A stretch of DNA of 64,000 nt from an uncultured Candidatus Binatia bacterium (GCA_964291295.2 OZ219754.1:832001-896000), one strand, 5' to 3'. Shown: positions 38,736 through 51,319, counted from the stretch's first letter. The notes: a model not told the origin generated them from the sequence alone. Translations and numbers: made by a program.

Positions 38736-39617
38736 ATGACCTGGATACAGGAATTCCCAACCCTGGACGAAGCCTCGCTGCGCGTCCTCAAGAAGGCGTT
38801 CGACTCGGGGTACCGGTCGTTCTCCAGGAGCTACGGCGACGCCATCGAGGGTTTCTTCGATCCGCTGCTCTTCTTTCTGGTGTGGTTCGAGCGCTTCCTG
38901 CTGGCCACCCCCTGGTGGCTGATGATCATCGTGGTGGCTTCGGTGTGCTATGTGGCCGGCCGCAGCCTGAAGCTCTCCATCACGGTGGCGGTTGCGCTCT
39001 TCCTCATCGGCTACTTCGGCATGTGGGAGGACACCATGCGGACCCTGGCGATCATCTTCGTCTCCACGATGATCGCCATCGCCATCGGCATTCCGGTAGG
39101 GATCTGGATGTCCCGTTCCGACCGCGTGCAGGCGGTGATCACGCCGGTGCTGGACGTCATGCAGACCATGCCCATCTTCGTCTACCTGATTCCGGTGGTG
39201 ATGCTCTTCGGACTCGGCAAGATCCCCGGACTCATCGCGGTGGTGATCTATGCCGTGCCGCCGGTGATCCGGCTCACCAATCTGGGGATTCGGCTGGTGG
39301 ACAAGGAGGTGCTGGAGGCCGCTGACGCCTTCGGCACGGACACCTGGCGGCGGCTGTTCGACATCCAGATGCCGCTGGCGCTGCCCAACATCATGGCGGG
39401 CGTGAACCAGACCATCATGATGGCGCTCTCCATGGTGGTGATCGCCTCCATGATCGGCGTCAAGGGCCTGGGGCAGCCGGTGCTTCAGGCGGTGACCAAC
39501 CAGTACTTTGCGCTGGGCCTTTTCAACGGCGCCGCGGTGGTGGCGCTGGCCATCGTGTTCGACCGCATCACCCAGAGCTACGGCAGGCGCATACAAAGCA
39601 ACAGGCAGACATCATGA
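38736..39617 (+). CDS. proW: Glycine betaine/proline ABC permease
   Basis: LDVMQTMPIFVYLIP, RLTNLGIR, MAGVNQTIM. Confidence 0.9.
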   Translation: MTWIQEFPTLDEASLRVLKKAFDSGYRSFSRSYGDAIEGFFDPLLFFLVWFERFLLATPWWLMIIVVASVCYVAGRSLKLSITVAVALFLIGYFGMWEDTMRTLAIIFVSTMIAIAIGIPVGIWMSRSDRVQAVITPVLDVMQTMPIFVYLIPVVMLFGLGKIPGLIAVVIYAVPPVIRLTNLGIRLVDKEVLEAADAFGTDTWRRLFDIQMPLALPNIMAGVNQTIMMALSMVVIASMIGVKGLGQPVLQAVTNQYFALGLFNGAAVVALAIVFDRITQSYGRRIQSNRQTS

Positions 39618-40675
39618 ATATGGCAAATGCTTCGAATATCGAAATCCGGTCCCTGTACAAGGTGTTCGGCAACGCTCCCGCGTCGGTGATGCCCCTGGTG
39701 CGGGACGGCATGGACAAGAAGGAGTTGCTGGATACCCACGGCCACGTGCTGGGGCTGCGGGACATCAATCTGAAGGTCAAGCCGGGCAGCATCCAGGTGG
39801 TGATGGGACTCAGCGGCTGCGGCAAGTCCACGCTGGTGCGGCACATCAATCGGCTTATCGACCCCACCGAGGGGACCGTGCGGGTGGATGGCCAGGACGT
39901 GCTCGGCCTGGACCAGGCCGCGCTTCAGCACCTGCGGCGGCACAAGGTCAGCATGGTGTTTCAGCGCTTTGCGCTGTTTCCCCACCGGACCATCCTGGAG
40001 AACGTCCGGTACGGGCTGCTGATGCAGGGCCTGGCCCGGACCGAGTGCGACAGCCGGGCGGAGCGGTGGATCGAGCGGGTCGGGCTCTCGGGCTACGAAG
40101 GGTCCTATCCGCACCATCTCTCCGGCGGCATGCAGCAGCGCGTGGGCCTCGCCCGGGCGCTGGCCACCGACGCCGAGATCCTGCTGATGGACGAGGCCTT
40201 CAGCGCCCTGGATCCGCTGATTCGCACCGACATGCAGACCCTGCTGCTGGAGCTGCAGCGGGAGTTGAACCGCACCATCCTGTTCGTTACCCACGACCTC
40301 GAGGAGGCCATCACCCTGGGCGACAGCATTGCGATCCTGCGCGACGGCGAGGTGGTGCAGAACGGCGATTCCCAGGAGATCGTGCTGAAGCCCAGCGACG
40401 ATTACATTTCCAACTTCACCCGGAACATCAACCGTGGCCGTGTGATCCGGGTCGGTTCGATCATGGAGCCCACGCAAACCCGGGCGCAGGGAAAGGGCGG
40501 CAAGGACTACTCCGTTCCTTCGGAGATGCTGTTGGAGGAGGCGCTGCCCCGGGTGGTGGCGTCGCCCGACGACAAGGCCGCGGTGGTGGACGTGAAGGGC
40601 AAGACCGTGGGCGCCATCTCGGTGGGCCGCATGGTCCACGCCTTGGCCGGCGACCGGCTGACGGGGGCGGCGTAG
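39614..40675 (+). CDS. proV: Glycine betaine/proline ABC ATP-binding protein
   Basis: MGLSGCGKST, FALFPH, LSGGMQQR, MDEAFSALDPLIR. Confidence 0.92.
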   Translation: MNMANASNIEIRSLYKVFGNAPASVMPLVRDGMDKKELLDTHGHVLGLRDINLKVKPGSIQVVMGLSGCGKSTLVRHINRLIDPTEGTVRVDGQDVLGLDQAALQHLRRHKVSMVFQRFALFPHRTILENVRYGLLMQGLARTECDSRAERWIERVGLSGYEGSYPHHLSGGMQQRVGLARALATDAEILLMDEAFSALDPLIRTDMQTLLLELQRELNRTILFVTHDLEEAITLGDSIAILRDGEVVQNGDSQEIVLKPSDDYISNFTRNINRGRVIRVGSIMEPTQTRAQGKGGKDYSVPSEMLLEEALPRVVASPDDKAAVVDVKGKTVGAISVGRMVHALAGDRLTGAA

Positions 40676-41054
40676 CGCCTGATTCAGGGTCGAAGGGGTG
40701 AGGGTGCGACGGTAAGACTCCGCATGGGGTCGAGACCGGGCTGCCTGCACACCGCCACCGCTTGAAACGTCGGCGCCACAAGGGAATGGAGCGGTCGCGG
40801 CGATTGAGCGAGGCGACCGGGCCGCGATTTTCGAGCGCGTTCCGCGTTGTGGTTCGAGGGTCAAGGTAACAGAAGTAGCCGAGGCTTTGCCCGGGTCCGC
40901 GTCACGAACTCGTCGGTGTCGGCTGGGTCGGTGGGGTGAAAGTCTGCCGGCTCGCCTCGACGAAGGCCGCGAACGAGCTCGATGGACCCAAGGCGTTCGG
41001 TTTGAAATGACAAGATGGTTTGGATAAGCTGGCTTGCGGACAGGAGGACTTGCG

Positions 41055-41700
41055 ATGAGTATCGAATGAACCGGCGGTGATGGCATTGATGAACTGCAGG
41101 GCGGTATTGGCGACGATACGCTGGATGGCCCCGGTGGCGACGACACGCTGTATGGCGGTTCGGGCAACGACAGTCTGTTCGGCGGCCAAGGCGACGACAC
41201 GCTGAGGGGCGGCAGGGGTGGGGACACGCTGTATGGCGGCCTGGGGGCGGACACCTTCGCATTCGCGGTGGGGGACGGCGCCGACAAGATCGTCGCTTTC
41301 GAGGCCGGCGACACGATCGAGATTGCCGGGGTGTCTGGCGGTTTCCCTGCGCTGGTGATCGGCCGATACCTTCGTGTTCCACGAGGGTGATGGGCAGGAC
41401 AAGATCAAGAATTTCGGCTGCGGGTCTGGTAGAAGTGGCGAGCGCCCTTCCACTTACGAAGATTACGTTGCGGCCGAGAAGAAGGCCTTGGCCAATGGGT
41501 GGACGGATATCATCCAGCTTCACCTCAACGCTACGGCCGACGACACCTCGGACCAAGCTGCTTTCGAGTCGCTGAATATCCGTCAGGACGGCGACCATAC
41601 CGTCATCGGCTACGGCGATTCGGGAGATACCATCACACTGTTCGATACCAAGATGGACTCCCTGAGCATGGACGACTTCAAGTTCGTTTTCATCGCCCAG
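41055..41700 (+). pseudogene. RTX/hemolysin-type calcium-binding repeat protein, disrupted
   Basis: RBS AGGAGG + ATG, in-frame TGA at codon 5, seven GGxGxDxLx nonapeptides (41073-41261), frame change near 41360 into a second DTFVF...DDF block. Confidence 0.8.
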
Positions 41701-41939
41701 GAGCCTGCGCCACAGAAAGTTTTCATGGGACAGAGATCCACCAGAGTCCCACTTGGCGCCCAATTCATGTCCAATTCATGTCCAATAATGGGACAAGGCT
41801 ACACGTTTCTGGCATTTTGGACGAAAATCTGGTCATGCGCTCCCACCGGTCACATCCCGAAGCGTCCTGCGGCGCAGGCTCCCAGGGTCGCTTCTGAAGG
41901 CGGGAGGGAAGTTCGAGAATGAAAAGGAGGAGGACATTG

Positions 41940-43757
41940 ATGTACAGGATGATGTACGGGAATGTGGCGACGGTCTTGTGCGCGGTGGTGCTGGCCATGG
42001 GTCTTGCGGCATGCGGCGGCAGCAGCAACAACCGGACCCCGGACACTCCTACCCCCCCCCCCCCCCCGCTGACGGAAGTTGAGACGATCCTGAAGGAGGC
42101 TCGGACGGCGGCCATGACGGCATCCGGCAAGGCCATGACGGCGTCAGACAACGCCGGGACGTCGGCCGATGAGGCGGAAACGGCGACCATGGGTCTGGTG
42201 TTCCACCCTGTTCCCAAGAGGGAGATAACGGCGAAGAGCTACGCGGAGGAGGCCCGGACCGCGGCCAACATGGCGAAGGCCGAGTACGACAAGGCCAAGA
42301 TGGAGTCGGACAAGGCCGCGGCCACGAGCGACGTGCGTGCGGCCGCCAAGGCCAAAGTCGCAGCCGAGGCGGCTCAGGCGAAGGCCGAGGCTCAGGCGGC
42401 GACAGCCGCCGAAAAGGCGAAGATGGCGAAGGAAGCTGCGGCCAGGGAGGTCCGGCATGTCGAGGGAATGACCTACGAGTACGGCGGCACGCGCATCACC
42501 GCCGATGCCCCCAAGGTCACCGTCAAGACCGGGGGCAAGACGGTGGAGAGCGGCAAGGCCGGGGACATCTCAGACGATTCAACTCGTTATTCAAAGGCCC
42601 CCGTCGCCTACGTGGCGGCAACGGATACCAAGCCGGAGGTGGCTGCCCGGACGGGATTCTATGGTCGCCTAATCAAGATCGGTTCCTACACCGACTCGGA
42701 GCAGGTCGGTTCCAGCATCGACTCGGAGGAGCTGGGTTCCACCACCGAATCGGAGCAGTTCCGTCTCTGGCTGGTGGACAAATATATCACCAACACCAAG
42801 GCGGTGAAGGCCTACCGCAAGGACAGCGGCACTAACGGCGCCGAGTTCACGGCCCCGGTCACGGCAGAAAATCCGTTCGGCTCGCGCACCGTTGACAGCA
42901 AGACCTACAAGATCATGCGGGCGGAGGGGGAGTTCTATCGTGTCGACACCGAGGAGCATACGAAATTCGACAAGACGAATGCCAATGACTGGATCAATGT
43001 GACGCACACGGACGCGAACGCGGGCGTGGGGGTCTACTACTACACGGATAGCAGCGGGAAAAAGGTCTATCTTCTGAGCACCGGAGCCGAGGGTGCCACG
43101 GGACTCAAGTACCGTCCGTTGCTCGTCTACGATGTGCCGGATTTCCCGGAGGCGAAGCCCTACGAGCACATGAACTTCGGCATGTGGACCAAGAAGTCAA
43201 ATCGGACCCACCTTGGCATCGCATTCGTCCAGGCGCTGCCGGGCAAGGGGCCGACCCCGACCGCCAACATGCCAAGCTTCGGCACCGCCACCTACGAGGG
43301 CCATGCATATTATCAAATCCGCGCCAAGAACAACGCTCGAACCGTCGGCGGTTTTGCTGGAAACGCAACTACAACGGTGGATTTCGAGGAAAGCACCATC
43401 AAGACGGAAATGCACATAGTGTCTATCTATCCGAATAGGGCCAAACTTGTCCACGGACATCTCATCCCTTTCGCCACACTCCACGGCACCATCGACGGGA
43501 ACCGGTTCTCGGGCAGTAAAGTGACCAATGTCAACACCGTGAACGCCGTTCCCGGCGGATTCGCAAATACCGTCGAACAACTTCGTGGCATTTTGAATTT
43601 GACCCCGAGCGAAGACGGCAGCCTGTATGAGGTGAGGGAGTACAGCGGCCATTTCTTCGGACCGAACGGCGAAGAGGTGGGCGGCGTGTTCGACGTCACG
43701 TCCAAGGACAAGAAGAGCGGCGAGTTTCGCGGCTCCTTCGGTGGCCGCAGGGAGTAA
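41940..43757 (+). CDS. TbpB/HpuA-like surface lipoprotein (putative Slam/type XI secretion cargo)
   Basis: RBS AGGAGGAGG, lipobox LAAC-GGSS, Pro linker, Ala/Lys coiled coil, C-terminal barrel motifs PSFGTATYEG, GTIDGNRFSG, GHFFGPNGEEVGGVF, GSFGG. Confidence 0.8.
   Translation: MYRMMYGNVATVLCAVVLAMGLAACGGSSNNRTPDTPTPPPPPLTEVETILKEARTAAMTASGKAMTASDNAGTSADEAETATMGLVFHPVPKREITAKSYAEEARTAANMAKAEYDKAKMESDKAAATSDVRAAAKAKVAAEAAQAKAEAQAATAAEKAKMAKEAAAREVRHVEGMTYEYGGTRITADAPKVTVKTGGKTVESGKAGDISDDSTRYSKAPVAYVAATDTKPEVAARTGFYGRLIKIGSYTDSEQVGSSIDSEELGSTTESEQFRLWLVDKYITNTKAVKAYRKDSGTNGAEFTAPVTAENPFGSRTVDSKTYKIMRAEGEFYRVDTEEHTKFDKTNANDWINVTHTDANAGVGVYYYTDSSGKKVYLLSTGAEGATGLKYRPLLVYDVPDFPEAKPYEHMNFGMWTKKSNRTHLGIAFVQALPGKGPTPTANMPSFGTATYEGHAYYQIRAKNNARTVGGFAGNATTTVDFEESTIKTEMHIVSIYPNRAKLVHGHLIPFATLHGTIDGNRFSGSKVTNVNTVNAVPGGFANTVEQLRGILNLTPSEDGSLYEVREYSGHFFGPNGEEVGGVFDVTSKDKKSGEFRGSFGGRRE
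42052..42067 (+). repeat. C16 homopolymer in the 5' coding region
   Basis: 16 consecutive C encoding TPPPPP just after the lipobox. Confidence 0.9.
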
Positions 43758-43791
43758 CAGGCCGCCGTCATCGGCAGTGGTTCACCGAGCG

Positions 43792-43832
43792 GGGCGCCCG
43801 ATCCATCTCCGGGTCGGGCGCCCTTTTCTTTT
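43792..43832 (+). terminator. Rho-independent terminator
   Basis: GGGCGCCCGATCC...GGGTCGGGCGCCC followed by TTTTCTTTT. Confidence 0.8.
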
Positions 43833-43949
43833 CTCGAACGCTGACGGGGGGCCGCGATGCGGGGCGGCGGTGAGCAGGCGCGGTGCCGGGCGATGCTGCG
43901 CACGGAGGGCGGAGCCTCCGGCAGCGGCGGCGGTTCGGCCCGGTAGCCC

Positions 43950-44310
43950 ATCGCTCGCGCGGCTGCGGCCAGGCGGTTCTCCGCATGGTCGAGGACGAAG
44001 CCGAGGTACCCGAGTTTCTCCGGCGACAGGAAGCGCTCGCGCGGCGTCGTATTGCACGCCGCATGTTTCCACGAGAGCCCTGCGGGCGACTATCCCGGAG
44101 TTCCGCCTGCCGCGTCATCACTGACAGCACCGGCAAGGTCCGGTTGGCGTTGCCAAGGGTTCCGCTCAGCGAGTCGAACCGACCCGCACATCGGCGCGGT
44201 CGATCTCGGCGCTGCGCATCGAACCGAAGAAGCGCACAAGTTGGCGGTGGATCAGATGGGCGTTGGCCTTCTTCGTGGACGGCTTCCAGCGCCGTCCGTC
44301 CCGAGGAAAC
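43950..44310 (-). pseudogene. Tyrosine integrase remnant next to tRNA-Gly
   Basis: Fragments in different frames: RRWKPSTKKANAHLIHRQLVRFFGSM..AEIDRADVR, FDSLSGTLGNANRTLPVLSVM.RQAE...RPQGS, ERFLSPEKLGYLGFVLD. Confidence 0.7.
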
Positions 44311-44465
44311 AGACAACGGCGGTTCTGAATGGACAACGCGCCCCACGCGCGGGACCGCAGCCACAGGCTGGGCCAAGCCCAGCCATCTGTCCACGCAACG
44401 GAAAACTCCCGACCGATGCAGGCCGGCCTGGCTCGCTTCGCCAGCAAGGGTGGTGGGGCAAGGGT

Positions 44466-44540
<75 letters not shown>

Positions 44541-44576
44541 TCTGAAGCTAATCCATAGGGGATGGAGAACGCGATG

Positions 44577-46318
<1,742 letters not shown>

Positions 46319-46508
46319 TTACCCCCTCGTGTTACCCCCCTGCGGTCACCCTCTTCGTAGCAGATTTTCCGCGGCGCGCCTTCCGGAGAGCGCCTGTCGT
46401 TCCCCTTCGTGCGTTCCCGTTCATGCCGCCGGACACATCGAACGGGGTTCGACGTGACGCCGGTGGTGCGGGAGGCCCGTGCGGGGATGACGCCCGGCCG
46501 GCGGCCGT

Positions 46509-47237
46509 CTACAGCCGCGTCACCATCCAGGCGGGGGTGAAGCGGAGGGCAAAGGCGTTGAGGGCGGTCATGGTGTCGGTGACCAGGAGTATGCCGACGG
46601 CCATCAGGAGCAGGCCGGCGCAGACGTGAATGACCGGCAGCCAGGAGCGGATGGCGCGGGAGAGTCTGAAGAACTGGTTCAAGGCCAGGGCGCTGAGCAG
46701 GAAGGGCAGCGCCAGGCCGGCGGCGTAGGCCGACAGCAACAGCATGCCATGGTGGACCTCGGCGGCGGTGCCGGCCAGGGTCAGGATGGCGCCCAGGATC
46801 GGCCCCACGCAGGGGATCCATGCCACCGCGAACGTGAGCCCCACCAGCACGGATCCCAGGTAGCCCGCAGGTTTGCTGCGCAGGTTGACCTGGGCGTAAC
46901 GCTCCAGGGTCGCGACCTTGAAGAGGCCGGTGAGGTAGATGCCCACCACCAGGATGAACAGGCCTCCGACCACCCGCACACCGTCCTGGTAGCGGATCAG
47001 CAGGCTTCCCAGCAGGCTGGCGGACGCTCCCAGGGCCACGAACGCGGCGGAAAAGCCGGACACGAAGGCCAGGGCGTTGCCCAGGATTCGGGCGTTTCCC
47101 GGGCGGCCCTGGCTCATTTCACGGGGCGATATGCCGGAAACGAAGGAGAGGTAGGACGGGATCAACGGCAGCACGCATGGGCTGAGAAAAGACAGGCCTC
47201 CGGAGGCGAAGGCGATGAGCAGGTTGACGTCGGCCAT
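46509..47237 (-). CDS. ccdA: Cytochrome c biogenesis protein CcdA
   Basis: SFLSPCVLPLIPSY, WIPCVGPILG. Confidence 0.93.
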   Translation of the reverse strand: MADVNLLIAFASGGLSFLSPCVLPLIPSYLSFVSGISPREMSQGRPGNARILGNALAFVSGFSAAFVALGASASLLGSLLIRYQDGVRVVGGLFILVVGIYLTGLFKVATLERYAQVNLRSKPAGYLGSVLVGLTFAVAWIPCVGPILGAILTLAGTAAEVHHGMLLLSAYAAGLALPFLLSALALNQFFRLSRAIRSWLPVIHVCAGLLLMAVGILLVTDTMTALNAFALRFTPAWMVTRL

Positions 47238-47328
47238 GAAGCTTCCTGGTTCCCTTACGCCACACGCGGGCGCACAACGCAACCCGCCGCCTTTACCCGC
47301 GGTCGGGAATCGTGGATACTGGCCCTTC

Positions 47329-47943
47329 ATGCTTGAGTTCCTGAGCAAGGGCGGCCTCTTCATGGTGCCGATTCTGCTGTGCTCGGTCACGGCGCTGGCC
47401 ATCTTCGTCGAGCGGTTGTTCAGCCTGAGGCGGAAGCGGGTGGTGCCGGCCGACCTGGTGCGCAGGATCGAGGCGCTGGTTGCTGACAACGACCTGCGCG
47501 CCGCGGCGGAGTTGCTGCGACGAAGCCGCGTGGCCATCGCCAGGGTGTTGGCGGCGGGGTTGCGCGCGGCGGGGCAGCGCCGCGATGTCATCAAGGACCA
47601 TCTGGAGGAGGCGGGGCACCAGGAGGCGGCCGGGTTGGGGCGGTTCGTCGACACTCTCGGCGCCATCGCCGGCGTGAGCACGCTGCTGGGCCTTCTGGGC
47701 ACCATTTCGGGCATGATCGAGATCTTCGCGGTGATCTCCGCCCAGAGCGTGGTCAATCCGGCGACCCTGGCCGGCGGCATATCCGAGGCGCTGATCACGA
47801 CCCTGGCGGGCCTGAGCGTCGCCATTCCCACCGTCGTCATGCACCACTACCTGCTCAACAAGGCCAACGCCCTCACCCTGGAGATGGAGCGCCTCAGCAC
47901 CCGCTTCATGGAGCTGCTCGGCCCCGGCGGCCTCGCCGAGTGA
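47329..47943 (+). CDS. MotA/TolQ/ExbB proton channel protein
   Basis: LLGLLGTISGMI, GISEALITT.GL.VAIP. Confidence 0.92.
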   Translation: MLEFLSKGGLFMVPILLCSVTALAIFVERLFSLRRKRVVPADLVRRIEALVADNDLRAAAELLRRSRVAIARVLAAGLRAAGQRRDVIKDHLEEAGHQEAAGLGRFVDTLGAIAGVSTLLGLLGTISGMIEIFAVISAQSVVNPATLAGGISEALITTLAGLSVAIPTVVMHHYLLNKANALTLEMERLSTRFMELLGPGGLAE

Positions 47944-47944
47944 G

Positions 47945-48361
47945 ATGGATTTCCGGATTCGCAGAAGCTCTGCCGGCAGGCTGCTCGACATGACGCCGGT
48001 GGTGGACACCATATTCAATCTGCTGATCTTCTTCGCCCTGTCCATGAATTTTCTGGCCAATCCCGGCATCGCCGTGGATCTGCCCGGCGCCTCGGCGCCC
48101 CGGGTGCCACCCGGGGACAACGACATCCGCATCGCCATCGCTCCATCGGGGGAAGTCCGCCTCGACGGGGCGCCGGTGACGCTGCCGGTGCTCGGGGCGA
48201 GGCTCCGCGAGATGGCGGGGCAACGCCGCCATCCGCAGGTGTTGATCCGGGCCGACCGCCGGGTCTCTCACGGAGTGGTGGTGGCGGTGATGGATGCCGC
48301 CCGGTCCGCCGGCCTGACCCGGCTTGCCATCATGACCCGGAGCGGGCCGGGGCGGGAGTAG
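47945..48361 (+). CDS. ExbD/TolR biopolymer transport protein
   Basis: DMTPVVDTIFNLLIFF, VDLP, IRAD. Confidence 0.9.
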   Translation: MDFRIRRSSAGRLLDMTPVVDTIFNLLIFFALSMNFLANPGIAVDLPGASAPRVPPGDNDIRIAIAPSGEVRLDGAPVTLPVLGARLREMAGQRRHPQVLIRADRRVSHGVVVAVMDAARSAGLTRLAIMTRSGPGRE

Positions 48362-48470
48362 AGGCGGCGGTAAGAAGGCCGGTGCTCAGGGCGGTTCGGC
48401 TGCCAGCGCGGGCCGCACCGGGGCTCAACACCGGGGAACCGGGAACCGTCCGGGCGCGTGCGCCGGGTCT

Positions 48471-50054
48471 CTACACCGGCATCAAGCCGTGTTTCTTGGC
48501 CGGGCGGGTCTCCCTTTTCCGGCGTAGCAGCGCCAGTGCGCGGGTGAGGCGGGCGCGGGTATCGGCGGGGTGGATGGCGGCTTGGGAGAACTGCCGGGAC
48601 ACGGCTTCGAAGGGGCCGTCGAAGCGTTGATCGAACTCGGCCCGCTTCTCCCGGCGGGTGCGTTCGGGGTCGTCGGAGGCGGCGATCTCCCGGCGGTAGA
48701 GCACGTTCACGGCGCCGTCGCCGCCCATCACCGCCAGTTCCGCTCCTGGCCACAGCCACAGTTGGTCGGCGCCCATCTCGCGCGTGCACATGGCCTGCTT
48801 GGCGCCGCCGTAACCTTTGCGCAGCACGATGGTGATCTTGGGCACGGTGGCCTCGGCGTAGGCGTAAAGCATTTTGGCGCCGTGCCGGATGATGCCCTGC
48901 GCTTCCTGCTGGCGGCCGGGGAAGAACCCGGGCACGTCCATCAGCGTGACGATGGGGATGTTGAAGGCGTCGCAGAAACGGATGAAGCGCGCGCCCTTGT
49001 CCGAGGCGTCCACGTCCAGGCTGCCGGCCAGGAAAAGGGGCTGGTTCGCCACGAACCCCACCGGGTAGCCGTCGAGCCGCCCGAACCCGGTCACCAGGTT
49101 GCGCGCGAACCGGCGCTTGAGTTCCAGGAATTTGCCGTCGTCCACCACCGCCCTGATCACCTTCACGATGTCGTAGGGCTTGCGTTTGTCGTCGGGGACC
49201 TGTTCCTCGATACCGTCAAGCCGCCGCTCCGGGTCGTCGCCGCTCCCCCTGCGCGGCAGCGGCGCCCTGCAGTTGTCCGGGAGGAACGCCAGCAGTTCCC
49301 GGATCTGCACCAGGCAGGTCGCGTCGTCCGCGCTCACCAAGTCCGCAACCCCGGACACCTCGGAGTGGAGGCGCGCCCCGCCCAGCTCCTCCATGGTGAC
49401 CTCTTCCCCCAGCACCTCCCGGATCACCGGCGGCCCGGTGATGAACATCTGGCTGGTGTCCCGAACCATGAGGATGAAGTCGGTCAGTGCCGGCGAGTAG
49501 GAGGACACGCCGATGCACGGCCCCAAGACCGCCGATATCTGCGGGATGGCGCCGGAAGCGATGCTGTTCTCGAAGAAGATCTCGCCGATGGCGGCGGTGA
49601 CGCCGAGCCCTTCCTGGATGCGCGCCCCCACCGAATCGTAGAGTCCGATGCAGGGCATTCCCAGGGACCGGGCGGTGCGGATGGTGTTGGCGATCTTGCT
49701 GGCGTGGGCGCTGCCCACCGAGCCCGCCAGCACCGTGCGGTCCTGGGCGAACAGGTACACCGGCCGGCCGTCGATGCGTGCGAAGCCGCATACCACGCCA
49801 TCGGTGGGCCGGCGCCGCTCGGCCATGCCGAAATCCGTGCACTGGGTCTCGGCCAGCATGAACTCTTCGGTGAAGGTGTCCGGGTCCACGAGCCGGTGGA
49901 TGCGCTCCCGGGCGGTGAGCTTGCCCTCGCCGTGCTGCTTCTCGATGGCCGCGGCGTCGCCCCGCAGAACCTGTGCCTCAAGGTCGGCCAGTCGCTGCTC
50001 CGGGCTCCTCGTGCCGGGTGTGTCCTTGTCGGGGGTCCTGGCTTCGTCGGCCAT
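48471..50054 (-). CDS. Acyl-CoA carboxyltransferase (methylmalonyl-CoA decarboxylase alpha-like)
   Basis: GKLTARERI, GARIQEG, FITGP, DAFNIP, GIIRHGAK, KKHG. Confidence 0.9.
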   Translation of the reverse strand: MADEARTPDKDTPGTRSPEQRLADLEAQVLRGDAAAIEKQHGEGKLTARERIHRLVDPDTFTEEFMLAETQCTDFGMAERRRPTDGVVCGFARIDGRPVYLFAQDRTVLAGSVGSAHASKIANTIRTARSLGMPCIGLYDSVGARIQEGLGVTAAIGEIFFENSIASGAIPQISAVLGPCIGVSSYSPALTDFILMVRDTSQMFITGPPVIREVLGEEVTMEELGGARLHSEVSGVADLVSADDATCLVQIRELLAFLPDNCRAPLPRRGSGDDPERRLDGIEEQVPDDKRKPYDIVKVIRAVVDDGKFLELKRRFARNLVTGFGRLDGYPVGFVANQPLFLAGSLDVDASDKGARFIRFCDAFNIPIVTLMDVPGFFPGRQQEAQGIIRHGAKMLYAYAEATVPKITIVLRKGYGGAKQAMCTREMGADQLWLWPGAELAVMGGDGAVNVLYRREIAASDDPERTRREKRAEFDQRFDGPFEAVSRQFSQAAIHPADTRARLTRALALLRRKRETRPAKKHGLMPV

Positions 50055-50106
50055 CCATGTCCCTCGAATCGCGTGATTGGGGCGCCGGCGCGGGACAGGG
50101 TCCCGG

Positions 50107-51249
50107 TCAGATGATTCCCATGCCCCGCAGCACCGAAAGCATGATGGCGGCGGCGATCACCGAGCCGATCTGGCCGCCGGCGTTGGCGCTCATGGCATGC
50201 ATCAGCAGGTGGTTCTTCTTGTTGTAGCGCTGGCCCACGTTCTGCACCACCCGCGCGGACATGGGAAAGGCCGAGATGCCGGCAGCGCCGATGAGCGGAT
50301 TGATCCTGCCCCGGCTGAGCAGGCACAGGAGCTTGCCGAAGAGCACCCCCATGACCGTGTCCAGGCCGATGGCCACGAGCCCCAGGGCCAGGACCATGAG
50401 GGTCTCGATCCTGAGGAACTGGTCCGCGGCCATGGTGCCGCCGATGGCCAGCCCCAGCAGCAGCGTCACGATGTTGGCGATCTCGTTTTCCGAGGCCAGC
50501 TTGAGCCGCTCCACCACGCCGCACTCCCGCAGCAGGTTGCCGAGCATCAACATGCCGATGAGCGGCGTCCCCAGGGGCGCGATGAGGGAGGCCACCACGG
50601 TGACGATGACGGGGAAGAGAATGCGGGTGGTCCTGGACACCGGCGCCTGCTGCACCATCCCCATGACGATCTGCTTCTCGCGGGCGGTGGTCAGCACCCG
50701 CATGATCGGCGGCTGGATCAGCGGCACCAGCGACATGTAGGAGTAGGCGGCCACCGATACCGCCCCCAGCAGGTGGGGCGCGTAGCGCGAACTCACGTAG
50801 ATGGAGGTGGGGCCGTCGCAGGCGCCGATGACGCCGATGGCCACGGCGTCGAGCTTGTTGAAGCCCAGGGCCAAGGCCAGCAGGAGCGTCAGAAAGATGC
50901 CGAACTGCCCGGCCGCCCCCAGCATGATGATCCTGGGGTTGGAGAAGAGCGGCCCGAAGTCGGTCATGGCGCCGATGCCGATGAAGATCAGCACCGGAAA
51001 GATCTCGGTGCGGATGCCGAAATCGTAGAAGAAGCGGAGCGTTCCCCCTTCGCCCATGAGCTCGGCCTGGGGAATGTTCACCAGGATGGCGCCGAACCCG
51101 ATGGGCACCAGCAGCAGCGGTTCGAACCCCTTGCGGATTCCCAGGTAGAGCAGCACCGCCGCGATGGCCATCATGACCACCTGGCCGAGTCCCAGGTGCG
51201 AAATGCCGTCAAGCAGCCCCAGGGCGCCGGAGAGAATCGCGGATTCCAT
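50107..51249 (-). CDS. oadB: Sodium ion-translocating decarboxylase beta subunit
   Basis: EPLLLVPIGFG, IGAMTDFGP, GACDGPTSIY, AAYSYMSLVP, NPLIGAAG. Confidence 0.93.
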   Translation of the reverse strand: MESAILSGALGLLDGISHLGLGQVVMMAIAAVLLYLGIRKGFEPLLLVPIGFGAILVNIPQAELMGEGGTLRFFYDFGIRTEIFPVLIFIGIGAMTDFGPLFSNPRIIMLGAAGQFGIFLTLLLALALGFNKLDAVAIGVIGACDGPTSIYVSSRYAPHLLGAVSVAAYSYMSLVPLIQPPIMRVLTTAREKQIVMGMVQQAPVSRTTRILFPVIVTVVASLIAPLGTPLIGMLMLGNLLRECGVVERLKLASENEIANIVTLLLGLAIGGTMAADQFLRIETLMVLALGLVAIGLDTVMGVLFGKLLCLLSRGRINPLIGAAGISAFPMSARVVQNVGQRYNKKNHLLMHAMSANAGGQIGSVIAAAIMLSVLRGMGII

Positions 51250-51319
51250 GCGGTTCAGTTTCCGTCATGGCCGCCAGGGTGGGAGTCCAGGCGGGGTGGG
51301 GTTCCGGAAGCGGTCGAAC

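Noticed and set aside
35589-39596. 1335-aa minus-strand ORF and many other long ORFs (e.g. 90-1040, 8658-11051, 23745-25442, 57379-60237)
   Set aside because: Antisense or alternate-frame shadows of recognisable genes; expected in high-GC DNA and lacking motifs
41067-41069. In-frame TGA as selenocysteine or programmed readthrough
   Set aside because: No redox context or evident SECIS, and the gene has a second disruption, so pseudogene is simpler
41073-41261. 27-bp periodic repeats as a CRISPR or non-coding array
   Set aside because: They are degenerate codons for RTX nonapeptides, with no repeat-spacer structure and no cas genes
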